DNA of 29,649 bases from a virus (IMGVR_UViG_3300032225_000920:1-29649), one strand, 5' to 3'; numbered from the stretch's first letter, positions 17,800-26,096 are shown. Translations and numbers: made by a program. Notes: a model not told the origin generated them from the sequence alone.

Positions 17800-18081
17800 G
17801 TGAATGAAAAAGATACAGAAGAAAAGTTCCTGCGTGTAAGCGCTGGATCTAATGCACAATCCGTCGGCTCAGCTATTGCACATGCGCTATATGAATCTTC
17901 ACAGGTCAAGCTACGTGCAGTAGGGGCATCAGCAGTAAACCAAGCAGTAAAAGCAATTGCCATTGCTAGAGGATACGTAGCCCCTAGAGGACTAGATCTT
18001 AGCTGTCGTCCAGGTTTTACAACCGTGGAGTCGAGAGACGGGTCTATCTCCGCAATTGTCTTTACTATCATGGTCAATTAA
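17800..18081 (+). CDS. spoVS: SpoVS (stage V sporulation protein S, Alba-like fold) homologue
   Basis: LRVSAGSNAQSVGSAIA...LRAVGASAVNQAVKAIAIARGYVAPRGLDLSCRPGF closely follows the SpoVS consensus as recalled (QAIGAGALNQAVKAVAIARGFVAPSG). Confidence 0.9.
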   Translation: MNEKDTEEKFLRVSAGSNAQSVGSAIAHALYESSQVKLRAVGASAVNQAVKAIAIARGYVAPRGLDLSCRPGFTTVESRDGSISAIVFTIMVN

Positions 18082-18111
18082 CATAGAGCTCTCTAACAGA
18101 TAGGTACCATA

Positions 18112-18465
18112 ATGGCAAAGTCAGATTTAGATACTGCGGTAGCCGCAGGAAATACACAAGGTCGTAAGACATCAGGTAGTGAAGGAACAAAGTTCTCTTC
18201 ACCATCAGCATCACCAGAGGCCGGCACACTTATTCCTAAGAAGAATACAGCAGCCGGAGATCCAACAGGCGCAGGCACAAAAGTTAATCGTGTTAACCAG
18301 CCATACGCAGGGGAACGCAAAGGTGCTGCATACTCAATTACGGCAACATACATGAAGCAAACTGCTCCAGAAGCTGGCCTAACACAGGCTAATGGTCGCA
18401 TTGTTTCCCCAGCAGTCGTTCGTCAGAAGGACTCTTGGACACAAGGAATTGAAACTTCCTACTAA
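18112..18465 (+). CDS. Hypothetical low-complexity protein
   Basis: 117 aa, Ala/Gly/Thr-rich, same strand as its neighbours. Confidence 0.65.
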   Translation: MAKSDLDTAVAAGNTQGRKTSGSEGTKFSSPSASPEAGTLIPKKNTAAGDPTGAGTKVNRVNQPYAGERKGAAYSITATYMKQTAPEAGLTQANGRIVSPAVVRQKDSWTQGIETSY

Positions 18466-18477
18466 ATCGTATACAAT
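18449..18477 (+). promoter_or_regulatory. Sigma70-type promoter
   Basis: TTGAAA-N17-TACAAT. Confidence 0.7.
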
Positions 18478-18514
18478 AATAATAGGGCCTTTTAACTAAG
18501 GCCCTCTTATTATT
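18475..18514 (+). terminator. Long hairpin, probable terminator overlapping the promoter
   Basis: AATAATAATAGGGCCTT-ttaact-AAGGCCCTCTTATTATT (one mismatch). Confidence 0.6.
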
Positions 18515-18528
18515 ACTTGGGGGGCGCA

Positions 18529-18768
18529 ATGAGTTTAGGTATTCTGTACGACAAAGCAAAAGAAGAAAATACATTTATTATAGGTAAGTGTGTAGTAGGA
18601 CAATGGGCTGCAATTTTGCCTGAAAATGATAAAAAAGCTTTTGACGAGTCTTTAAATGATGACGATTTTTCAACTAGAAGTCTTCATTCTCTCTATAAAA
18701 ATGCTGGTGCAACTTTCGGTGTAACATCTCTTAAAGAACACAGAAGTGGGAACTGTACATGTCGCTAA
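18529..18768 (+). CDS. Small putative Zn-binding protein
   Basis: GKC...EHRSGNCTC ligand pattern; overlaps the start of the phosphoesterase gene. Confidence 0.65.
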   Translation: MSLGILYDKAKEENTFIIGKCVVGQWAAILPENDKKAFDESLNDDDFSTRSLHSLYKNAGATFGVTSLKEHRSGNCTCR

Positions 18769-19928
18769 ACGAATCGTATAATAACGCTAAAGAAGAATCT
18801 GCTGCATCTAATGGATTAAGTTCTATTGATAAATTGCTCAAAGCCAATGGTCTTACACCAGAAGATGTAGGTAAGATTAGTAAGGTCAGTCTTTCTACAA
18901 ATCCTGATGATACTAAAATTATTCTGTCACCTAAGTGGAACGAAGGCCCTGCCTGGCAACCAGTGCAGCCCGCAGATCCAGTTATAGTTAATCCAAAAAT
19001 TCCCCAGACCCCTGCGCTGATAAGCAGTGGCTGGAAGGTAGCGGTTGCATTACCAGATCCACAGATCGGCTATCGTAAGTATGAAGATGGAAGTCTAGAT
19101 ACATTCCATGATGAGGCAGCGATGGATGTTGCTTTACAAATCGTTGGGCTCGATCACGGTCACCCAGTGGCCCAAATTATTAACCTAGGAGACTTCCTAG
19201 ATTTACCTATGTATGGTACTTACGAACAGGAGACAAACTTTGCTCACACTGCCCAACTTGCTATTAATCGTGGCCATCGTTTCCTTGCTGAGCAGCGTGC
19301 TAATGCCGGGATGGATGCAAGAATTATTCTTCTTGAAGGTAATCATGATAAGCGTCTCACTCGTTTCGTTAATAACAACGCTGCTGCTGCTTACGGTATC
19401 AAAGTAGCAAACACGCCAGATTCTTGGCCGGTATTAAGTCTACAAAATTTATTACGTTGTGATGAACTTGGAGTGGAGTTTATTGATGGTTACCCAGCTG
19501 CTGCACATTGGATTAATAAGCGTCTTCGTGCTATGCATGGGGATAGGGCTAACGCCTCAGGTTCAACAGCTGCTCAATATGCAAATTCGAATCCGAATAT
19601 ATCCACGTTATTTGGTCACACTCATCGGATGGAACAGCAATCAAAAACGGTATTTGATCGTGATCAAGCAATTAAAAGCGTCTCTTTTAGTCCGGGATGC
19701 CTCTGTCGAGTTGACGGAGCAGTACCCTCTGTCAAAGGTGGGGTGGACGTTAAAGGGCACGCTCTTCAATATTTTGAGAACTGGCAGCAGGGTGTAAGCG
19801 TTATCTTCTTTAAAGACGGAGATGATGATAGCTTCCACTTTGATCAAGTTCATATTCATAAAGGTAAAACAATGTATCGTGGGCAAGAATTCCACTCTAC
19901 GGTGGACACGGTGGGCAACCCACTATAA
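18759..19928 (+). CDS. Calcineurin-like metallophosphoesterase
   Basis: LPDPQ, LGDFLD, EGNHD, MHGD, FGHTH motifs. Confidence 0.88.
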   Translation: MSLNESYNNAKEESAASNGLSSIDKLLKANGLTPEDVGKISKVSLSTNPDDTKIILSPKWNEGPAWQPVQPADPVIVNPKIPQTPALISSGWKVAVALPDPQIGYRKYEDGSLDTFHDEAAMDVALQIVGLDHGHPVAQIINLGDFLDLPMYGTYEQETNFAHTAQLAINRGHRFLAEQRANAGMDARIILLEGNHDKRLTRFVNNNAAAAYGIKVANTPDSWPVLSLQNLLRCDELGVEFIDGYPAAAHWINKRLRAMHGDRANASGSTAAQYANSNPNISTLFGHTHRMEQQSKTVFDRDQAIKSVSFSPGCLCRVDGAVPSVKGGVDVKGHALQYFENWQQGVSVIFFKDGDDDSFHFDQVHIHKGKTMYRGQEFHSTVDTVGNPL

Positions 19929-19932
19929 TAAG

Positions 19933-19959
19933 AAAGCCCCCTTAATCGGGGGCTTTTTT
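19933..19959. terminator. Bidirectional intrinsic terminator
   Basis: AAAGCCCCC-ttaatc-GGGGGCTTTTTT between convergent genes. Confidence 0.85.
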
Positions 19960-20239
19960 ATTTACCTCTATTTCTTTTTTCTAAAACTAAATCTTCTTCG
20001 GTTTTTGCTTTAGTATCTATTTGAGAAAAGGCTGCGTCAATCTCATGTTTATCAAGTTTTCCATCATCTAAGAATGAACGCGCAAGTCTTTCAATTACTG
20101 TAGCTACCCCTGTTATTCCGGCCATTAAAATAGCTTTATCTATGCCTATTCCTGCCAATGATCCGGCTCCAATTACAGACAAACCCGTTGCAGCAAATAC
20201 AGCAACTATTCTCATAAAAGTGTTTACTAGTTTTGTCAT
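19958..20239 (-). CDS. Small 2-TM membrane protein with an EF-hand-like acidic tail
   Basis: SD AAGGAG; extended -10 TGcTAAACT on the minus strand (20266-20274); two hydrophobic helices; DDGKLDKHE. Confidence 0.75.
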   Translation of the reverse strand: MTKLVNTFMRIVAVFAATGLSVIGAGSLAGIGIDKAILMAGITGVATVIERLARSFLDDGKLDKHEIDAAFSQIDTKAKTEEDLVLEKRNRGK

Positions 20240-20337
20240 ATTTATGGCTCCTTAAATCAGTACACAGTTTAGCATCCTAGTACATACATTTATAGGCATA
20301 ATACATCTATTGTAACTACAACTCCGGAGAAGACCCT

Positions 20338-20637
20338 ATGACATCATCAGACTGGGCTACAGTAATTTATTCTTATACTTTTGTTACCGGAGCTCTTGGT
20401 AGCGTAATTTGGTTTATTGTTAAAAAAGCTATACACCATGTAATTACTGAGAATATGCAAGATATTAAGATCATTAAGAATGAAGTAACACCAAATCACG
20501 GTTCCTCAATTCATGATAAGATTAACCTTGAGATTATTCCTATGCTTCATAACCTAACCGAACGTCAAACTGATATTTCAGTTCAGGTAGCAAAGCTTGA
20601 GGGTCGATTTGAACAACACGTTGATGAAGGAGAATAA
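20338..20637 (+). CDS. Membrane-anchored coiled-coil protein of the lysis cassette
   Basis: One N-terminal TM helix, PNHGSSIHD motif, coiled coil; abuts the endolysin. Confidence 0.7.
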   Translation: MTSSDWATVIYSYTFVTGALGSVIWFIVKKAIHHVITENMQDIKIIKNEVTPNHGSSIHDKINLEIIPMLHNLTERQTDISVQVAKLEGRFEQHVDEGE

Positions 20638-21135
20638 ATGAGTACACAGGCAGCAGCAGTAGTAGCAGCGGCTAAGAAGTATGCCGATCAGGCTTACAAG
20701 GAAGGAACAAACAACGATACCATTTTTGGTGTATGGTATGGTATGAACCATCAACCATGGTGCGCAATGTTTGTATCCAAGTGTTTTGATGATGCTAAGT
20801 TGGTTTCGTTAGTTGCAGCGTCAAGTAAAAAGGGTTTTGCGTCTTGTGATGCAGGGTACCAATGGTTTGCTAAGAATAAGCAAGTAGTACCTGTAGGTAA
20901 AGCAGAGGCAGGAGACGTAGTCTTTTTTAATTTTGATAAGAATCCAACAGACACAGAGCATGTAGGTATTGTTGTAGCAAATGACCCTAAGAAGGGCATT
21001 CTTACAACCTATGAGGGCAATACTTCAGGGGAAACCCACAAAGCTGGATCTCAAGCTAACGGAGATGGCGTATATCTACGTCACCGAGCATACTCCGTAG
21101 TCATGGGTGTAGGCCGTCCTAAATGGACAGCGTAA
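20638..21135 (+). CDS. CHAP-domain endolysin
   Basis: PWCAMFVS, GDVVFF, HVGIV, EGNT catalytic motifs. Confidence 0.9.
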   Translation: MSTQAAAVVAAAKKYADQAYKEGTNNDTIFGVWYGMNHQPWCAMFVSKCFDDAKLVSLVAASSKKGFASCDAGYQWFAKNKQVVPVGKAEAGDVVFFNFDKNPTDTEHVGIVVANDPKKGILTTYEGNTSGETHKAGSQANGDGVYLRHRAYSVVMGVGRPKWTA

Positions 21136-21152
21136 TTTTTTTCCTATATAAT
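21124..21152 (+). promoter_or_regulatory. Promoter upstream of the holin
   Basis: TGGACA-N17-TATAAT. Confidence 0.65.
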
Positions 21153-21196
21153 AGTTAATAGGGAGTAAAAACCCTAACCTAATCGAAAGAGGAAAA

Positions 21197-21391
21197 ATGA
21201 ACGCAAAAGCACTTCAAGCAGTAGTTGCATCTTATGCTCGTACGGCCATATCAGCGATTCTTGCCATGTACTTGTCTGGAAACACAGATGCTAAGGCACT
21301 AGGCATGGCAGCACTTGCAGCAGTTGCTGGTCCACTACTTCGTGCGCTTAACCCAAATGACAGTGCATTTGGTATTGGTGCCTCAGAGTAA
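21197..21391 (+). CDS. Putative holin
   Basis: 64 aa, two hydrophobic helices, directly after the endolysin; SD GAAAGAGG. Confidence 0.7.
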   Translation: MNAKALQAVVASYARTAISAILAMYLSGNTDAKALGMAALAAVAGPLLRALNPNDSAFGIGASE

Positions 21392-21406
21392 TATAGTTTA
21401 ATATGT

Positions 21407-21437
21407 AAAAGGCCGGAGGTAAACCCTCCGGTCTTTT
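21407..21437 (+). terminator. Intrinsic terminator
   Basis: AAAAGGCCGGAGG-taaac-CCTCCGGTCTTTT. Confidence 0.85.
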
Positions 21438-21460
21438 GCTTTTAGTAGTACCATATGGTT

Positions 21461-21868
21461 ATGAAGGATACTCAAATGAAGTCCTGTAAATCATGCTTTA
21501 GATCTTTACCTGAAACTAAGTTTAAATTTAGAGCAAAAACTGGCAGACAATCTGGTCAAAGACATTCTATGTGTAATAGGTGTTTATATGTAAAATACAC
21601 GAGGCCTGAAGCAGAACGAAAAATTAAAGAAGTTCACGAGTATCAGGTTGAAAAAGGCTGTGCCGATTGCGGATACAATTCACACCCAGCAGCTTTAGAG
21701 TTTGACCACTTACCTGGCACAAAAAAATTATTTAATATAGGGGAAAAAATGGGTTCCTACAGCCGTACAATACTGTGGGAAGAGATAGCAAAGTGTGATG
21801 TAGTATGTTCTAATTGCCACGCTATTCGTACTTTTAGTCGTAGAAAGAAGGTGGAGATAAATGCCTAA
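21461..21868 (+). CDS. Zn-binding HNH endonuclease
   Basis: CKSC, CNRC, CADCG, LEFDH, EIAKCDVVCSNCH. TACCAT 6 nt before ATG 21461 favours that start over 21455. Confidence 0.8.
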   Translation: MKDTQMKSCKSCFRSLPETKFKFRAKTGRQSGQRHSMCNRCLYVKYTRPEAERKIKEVHEYQVEKGCADCGYNSHPAALEFDHLPGTKKLFNIGEKMGSYSRTILWEEIAKCDVVCSNCHAIRTFSRRKKVEINA

Positions 21869-22407
21869 TTCGCATAATAACTGGCAGTACTTAGGTGCTA
21901 GCGGTTATATCGGCGCATATACTACCACCGGCGGTGGTGGAACCCCAATCGTACCTCGTAACGCTATGGATTTCCTTCGCATTGGTGTGGGACGTGCACC
22001 CCAAGCGGAGTATCCCTGACGGCTACCTTGGAACAATTCGTTCTCGTCGTGATGATAAGGGAAAGCCTTACGCAATATCTGACACAGTTCTTGATTCATT
22101 AAAGAACCGACAGAACCAACGTGCATACCAACGCGGTGTTCATAAAGGCGAACGTATTGATCCCGCGTCATATATGTGGCCAGAGAATCTAGAACCAGAC
22201 CGTCGTTTAAAGAAAAGTCTATATAAGGCTGTAGATAATGATGGGTCTCTTGTTATGATGGGTAAGCGCAATGCCCCTAAGATGGCGTTAGCACCTGCAC
22301 CACATCTTGTCAATGATGGTAAAGCTGATGTATCAGCAAATGTACCTGCAGAATTTAATCCTCGTACCGGAGCATTGTTTGCTCATTTAAAACCAAGGTG
22401 GATATAA
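21861..22407 (+). CDS. Hypothetical protein split by a +1 frameshift at CCC-TGA (52 aa short form, 181 aa fused form)
   Basis: SD GGAG and ATG 21861 give MPNSHNNWQYLG...APQAEYP* (TGA 22017-22019). The +1 frame continues PDGYLGTIRSRRDD... to TAA 22407. Confidence 0.75.
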
Positions 22408-22622
22408 TGGCTATAGTAGGCGCAGGCGATAACCAAGAAAATGCTTTTGATTATGAGCGTGAAGAACAACACGACAATAAAGAAAATCATCCTAGATTAG
22501 GAAGACTTCTTAAATTAGATTTAAAGCATGGCGTTGATTGCAATCGTTGTAATGAAGCAGTAGTTAGTAAAATAGAGCACGCTACACGTCTTGCTCATTT
22601 TTATAATGGGAAGGCAGAATAA
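22407..22622 (+). CDS. Hypothetical protein
   Basis: TAATG coupling at both ends; H..DCNRC...H motif. Confidence 0.6.
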   Translation: MAIVGAGDNQENAFDYEREEQHDNKENHPRLGRLLKLDLKHGVDCNRCNEAVVSKIEHATRLAHFYNGKAE

Positions 22623-23293
22623 TGTCACGTAGACCACAAGATCGTAGCCTGGGAGAACGAGACTATCCTTCTTTACCTCCTGTCGACCCAAATACAGAAA
22701 CAACTCGACGTGCCCCTCGTCCAAGAGATGAAGAAGGACTTCCTTTTCTTACTTCAGGCGATGTTGCACGTGATCTTGGTATAACACATCCAGAAAACTA
22801 TAAGCATGCAGCATATGGCGAAGTGCCACATTATGTTGATACAAAGAGTGGAAATCTAACCTCTACTAGTAATAACCGTGTATGGTTTTCATTAAAAGAC
22901 ATAGTTAATCATTTTGCTATAAAGTCTGGTGCAGGCAAAGCCCCCGAAACAAAGAGTGCTAATGAATTGGCGCATGCCTCTAGGTATGCTCACTGGGATA
23001 ACATACGTCAACAAGCTTTAAAAACAGAAGCAGTAAATAAAGCAAATGGCATTAATAACGGAAATCTTTGGAACCAACCAGATTTAGCAAACAAAGATAT
23101 TCATCACCGTTTAGTATATGGGGTTAGACAACAAACTGAAGATGATCCAGCTATGGGTGATCTTGTAGGTAGGCCTATTGGTACAGGTTCAAACTTAGCT
23201 AATCCAATTAGGTCTGGTAGTATGAAACCTATTGGTGGATCCTCAGATGAGGTAGTTGATTTTTCAAATCCAAATAGACCACGGGTACGTTAA
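22622..23293 (+). CDS. Hypothetical protein, possible excisionase-type HTH
   Basis: FLTSGDVARDLGI...VWFSLKDI pattern with disordered flanks. Confidence 0.6.
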   Translation: MSRRPQDRSLGERDYPSLPPVDPNTETTRRAPRPRDEEGLPFLTSGDVARDLGITHPENYKHAAYGEVPHYVDTKSGNLTSTSNNRVWFSLKDIVNHFAIKSGAGKAPETKSANELAHASRYAHWDNIRQQALKTEAVNKANGINNGNLWNQPDLANKDIHHRLVYGVRQQTEDDPAMGDLVGRPIGTGSNLANPIRSGSMKPIGGSSDEVVDFSNPNRPRVR

Positions 23294-23652
23294 TGATGAA
23301 TCAAGACGGAGTCTATGATCATAGTAAAGGCCGTGGGATTGTAAGTGAAGATCCAGAACCATCGCTACTTCGTTATGATTACATGGGGCCATTCGCTAAT
23401 GCTCAAGAAGCATTTATGGCCCGAGCTCTTAAAGCAGTAACTATGCCTGCCCACTTAATTCCAGACATTGTTAGACCACCACTTCCACAAATCAATATGT
23501 TTCCACCACGTTATGGTTATCGCACACGTGAGTTAGGTATTATGGATGTTATGGATGTAAACGATGAGTTCCAACCAACTCGTGTAGACTTTACCCAAGA
23601 AAAGGGCGCTTACTCCGGAACTGCTCGCAACGTATCGGAATCGGTCTGGTAA
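23293..23652 (+). CDS. Hypothetical protein
   Basis: 119 aa, TAATG-coupled. Confidence 0.7.
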   Translation: MMNQDGVYDHSKGRGIVSEDPEPSLLRYDYMGPFANAQEAFMARALKAVTMPAHLIPDIVRPPLPQINMFPPRYGYRTRELGIMDVMDVNDEFQPTRVDFTQEKGAYSGTARNVSESVW

Positions 23653-23813
23653 TGGACGAAATTGATACCGAAACTATCTATGAAGGTAGTCGCATGTGTC
23701 CTAAATGCGGTCATATGATGACCCCACTAGAAGTTATGTACGCTGGTGGTAACATATGTCCAGATTGCAGAAATGCTCGGTATGAAAAGCATGCAAAAGG
23801 GCTCATGAGCTGA
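23652..23813 (+). CDS. Zinc-ribbon microprotein, 53 aa (not in ORF track)
   Basis: MDEIDTETIYEGSRMCPKCGHMMTPLEVMYAGGNICPDCRNARYEKHAKGLMS; coupled at both ends. Confidence 0.75.
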   Translation: MDEIDTETIYEGSRMCPKCGHMMTPLEVMYAGGNICPDCRNARYEKHAKGLMS

Positions 23814-24010
23814 TGAAAGGCAAACAGTTTACATCGGTAGCTAGCTGGGAAAAAAGGTCTACAGGCACCTGGACTGGTGGGGTATCTTCAAGTTTAGAGC
23901 CTGGCTCAAAAATGGCATCTACTAAAAGACGTCAAAAGACCAGCCATGCTAGAGGAAAAAAAGTGACACGTCCAAGGGTTCCAAAACATCATAACCCTGA
24001 CAAAAGTTAA
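23813..24010 (+). CDS. Small basic hypothetical protein
   Basis: 65 aa, Lys/Arg-rich, TGATG-coupled. Confidence 0.6.
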   Translation: MKGKQFTSVASWEKRSTGTWTGGVSSSLEPGSKMASTKRRQKTSHARGKKVTRPRVPKHHNPDKS

Positions 24011-24031
24011 AATACGGGAGACAATATAACT

Positions 24032-24184
24032 ATGGCTAAAAAGATTCTTACCCCACAGGGTAAACCTATGGCTTACAAGGTTCAAGAGCTTAAGGCTAAA
24101 ACGCCTGCAGATAAGATTAAAGAAGAAATTAAGGCTAAAGAAGCTAAGAAAAAAACTCCAGCAAAGAGAAAAGTGAAAAAGTAA
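24032..24184 (+). CDS. Lys-rich microprotein, 50 aa (not in ORF track)
   Basis: MAKKILTPQGKPMAYKVQELKAKTPADKIKEEIKAKEAKKKTPAKRKVKK; stop coupled to the next ATG. Confidence 0.7.
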   Translation: MAKKILTPQGKPMAYKVQELKAKTPADKIKEEIKAKEAKKKTPAKRKVKK

Positions 24185-24582
24185 TGGGATCTAGAATAGA
24201 TAGGTTTGTTCGCAAACGTCAAGCTGTAAAAGCTGATCGTGCAACTGAACGTGGTATTGCTGGATGGCAGGCTGCATCTAAAGCATTAGATAATATTATT
24301 GATACCCCTAAAAAGTATATGGATAGCAATCATTGGCCTCCAGCAAGAACAAGAGATTATCGTCCAGTAGTTCCTGGCTCTGAAATGATTGTTCCTGGTA
24401 TGGGCCATGTTACAACTTATGATACTAATATTGCCCCTAGTGGTAGATATCGTGGAATCGACTTAACACGTAGAGGTACTGCGGGCATAGGCGATGAAAA
24501 AAATAATGCTGAATCTTTTGGACAAGCCCAATATTTTGCAAAAAAAGATGCTAAAAAGAAAAGAGATAACGATGGCAACTAA
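24184..24582 (+). CDS. Hypothetical protein
   Basis: 132 aa, TAATG-coupled. Confidence 0.65.
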   Translation: MGSRIDRFVRKRQAVKADRATERGIAGWQAASKALDNIIDTPKKYMDSNHWPPARTRDYRPVVPGSEMIVPGMGHVTTYDTNIAPSGRYRGIDLTRRGTAGIGDEKNNAESFGQAQYFAKKDAKKKRDNDGN

Positions 24583-24853
24583 CGAGACACGTTCACTTAA
24601 TGGTGGACTAACAGCAGGCTCAACTGACGGTAAGTACCGTAAAGTTCGTCCAAACACTGAAGTAGCCGCAGGTACCGGTGAAGATTTAACTCTTGCCAAC
24701 CGTCGTGGACTACATCCTTACTGGAACTATGACTTTATTGATCAAGAGGCTACCTCAATGGTGGCCCCTCTATCAATGTCAGCATCTTCAAAGCCACGCT
24801 CTCCAATGCCAGTAGCAGACACATTTAATAATCAAATGGGCGCTAACTACTAA
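24572..24853 (+). CDS. Hypothetical protein
   Basis: Start moved to ATG 24572 (MATNETRS...) to avoid a long overlap. Confidence 0.65.
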   Translation: MATNETRSLNGGLTAGSTDGKYRKVRPNTEVAAGTGEDLTLANRRGLHPYWNYDFIDQEATSMVAPLSMSASSKPRSPMPVADTFNNQMGANY

Positions 24854-24854
24854 A

Positions 24855-25175
24855 GTGGATGAAACTCCAAACAATATAATTAACTTTCCTATGACAAGGC
24901 AAATGCACTTTCGTCATGCGGTAAGTAAATCTAAAAACGTATTGTTTGAGCCAGAACAAGTTACCTATAAAGAAGATGATTCTGAACCAAGAGAACTGGT
25001 AGAGGGCGCTCTTGATGCCCATATCGAAGCTTCTCAAAACACTCCAGAATATAAAGCAATTGCTCCAAGACCTGAGCATTTTCAAACTGGTCAAGAAGAT
25101 GCTGCACCAGATAACGTTCATATGATTAACGAAGGCAGAGAAATTAAATATAGAAAGAGCTTAAATAATGAATAA
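24855..25175 (+). CDS. Hypothetical protein
   Basis: GTG start one base after the upstream stop; fills the gap in the operon. Confidence 0.6.
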   Translation: MDETPNNIINFPMTRQMHFRHAVSKSKNVLFEPEQVTYKEDDSEPRELVEGALDAHIEASQNTPEYKAIAPRPEHFQTGQEDAAPDNVHMINEGREIKYRKSLNNE

Positions 25176-25398
25176 TCCACAAGATCGTGCAGACTCTCGT
25201 CAACCTATCCGCATGCGTAAGCAAAGCTGTGCTCGTGGTGAGGATTGTGGTAATTGTATGAAGTGTAAAATTACTGCTGATATCGCAGCTAGCGGTATCC
25301 CTGATGATACAGATAAAACGGGTGTAAAAGGTCTTCGTAAGAAGCCTGTTCTTGAGGGTGAAAAAGACCCTAAAGTTAAAAATCTCTACGGTAAATAA
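25168..25398 (+). CDS. Small Cys-cluster protein
   Basis: CARGEDCGNCMKC. Confidence 0.6.
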   Translation: MNNPQDRADSRQPIRMRKQSCARGEDCGNCMKCKITADIAASGIPDDTDKTGVKGLRKKPVLEGEKDPKVKNLYGK

Positions 25399-25400
25399 TC

Positions 25401-26096
25401 ATGGCTAGAGAAGATGCTAACTTAGAAGACGGCAGTGTATTAGCCGGCAAACAAAAAATCCATGAGACTACAGAAGTTGTAGCTGGAAAAGTTGTTGTAC
25501 CAGAGTTTGAAACCCAAAGAACACACAAGGTAGTAAACTTTGATAAGCCTGTCAAATGTGCCAAAAGCGGTTGCCGTTTAGAGGCATCCCATCGTGCATT
25601 AATGCATGCAGAAGGCCCTAAAAATTATTGCTCACAGCATTGGCGTAAAATTGAGCCTAATGAGCATCTATACGATAAAGACACGGTGATGCTAATTCGT
25701 CCTGAATATGGAGAAGAAATCCGTGGGGAAGATCGTGTTAAGCGTCAACAAACACGTGGTGCAGCCGCAGCAGAAATATTTCTCCATACAGGCGTTCATT
25801 TACCTGTACGTGGACCTGGTAATCCTAGAGAAGTTACAGATAAAGATGCCGAAACTATTCCAGAAGATCACGTAACTCCCGCCATAGGTAACGCCCTTGT
25901 TCGTGGTGGGCGCAATCTTCCTGATATATCCCCAGTTGATGCCAAAGCTTTGATGCACAAAAGAAAAGTTGGCGGGGCCCCAGAGACTCAAGACCAAGAA
26001 ATTGAAAGAATAAAAGAAGAACTGCGTCAGAATGCTAGTACTGTTGCACCCAATAGTTTTGATGAAATGCAAGATCTAATGAAACAGGGCTATTAG
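25401..26096 (+). CDS. Hypothetical protein with a Zn-finger-like motif
   Basis: CAKSGC...YCSQH; 231 aa. Confidence 0.7.
   Translation: MAREDANLEDGSVLAGKQKIHETTEVVAGKVVVPEFETQRTHKVVNFDKPVKCAKSGCRLEASHRALMHAEGPKNYCSQHWRKIEPNEHLYDKDTVMLIRPEYGEEIRGEDRVKRQQTRGAAAAEIFLHTGVHLPVRGPGNPREVTDKDAETIPEDHVTPAIGNALVRGGRNLPDISPVDAKALMHKRKVGGAPETQDQEIERIKEELRQNASTVAPNSFDEMQDLMKQGY

Noticed and set aside
20240-21196. tRNA genes in the larger intergenic gaps
   Set aside because: No cloverleaf or TTCGA T-loop pattern was seen; the gaps are explained by promoters and short hairpins.
21895-22014. ORF-track N-terminus MLAVISAHIL...
   Set aside because: No convincing SD; it is the +1 shadow of the well-supported ORF starting at 21861.
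22017-22052. TGA readthrough or recoding (Sec/Trp) instead of a frameshift
   Set aside because: The zero frame meets another TGA 11 codons later, and TGA, TAG and TAA all serve as normal stops elsewhere in the window.
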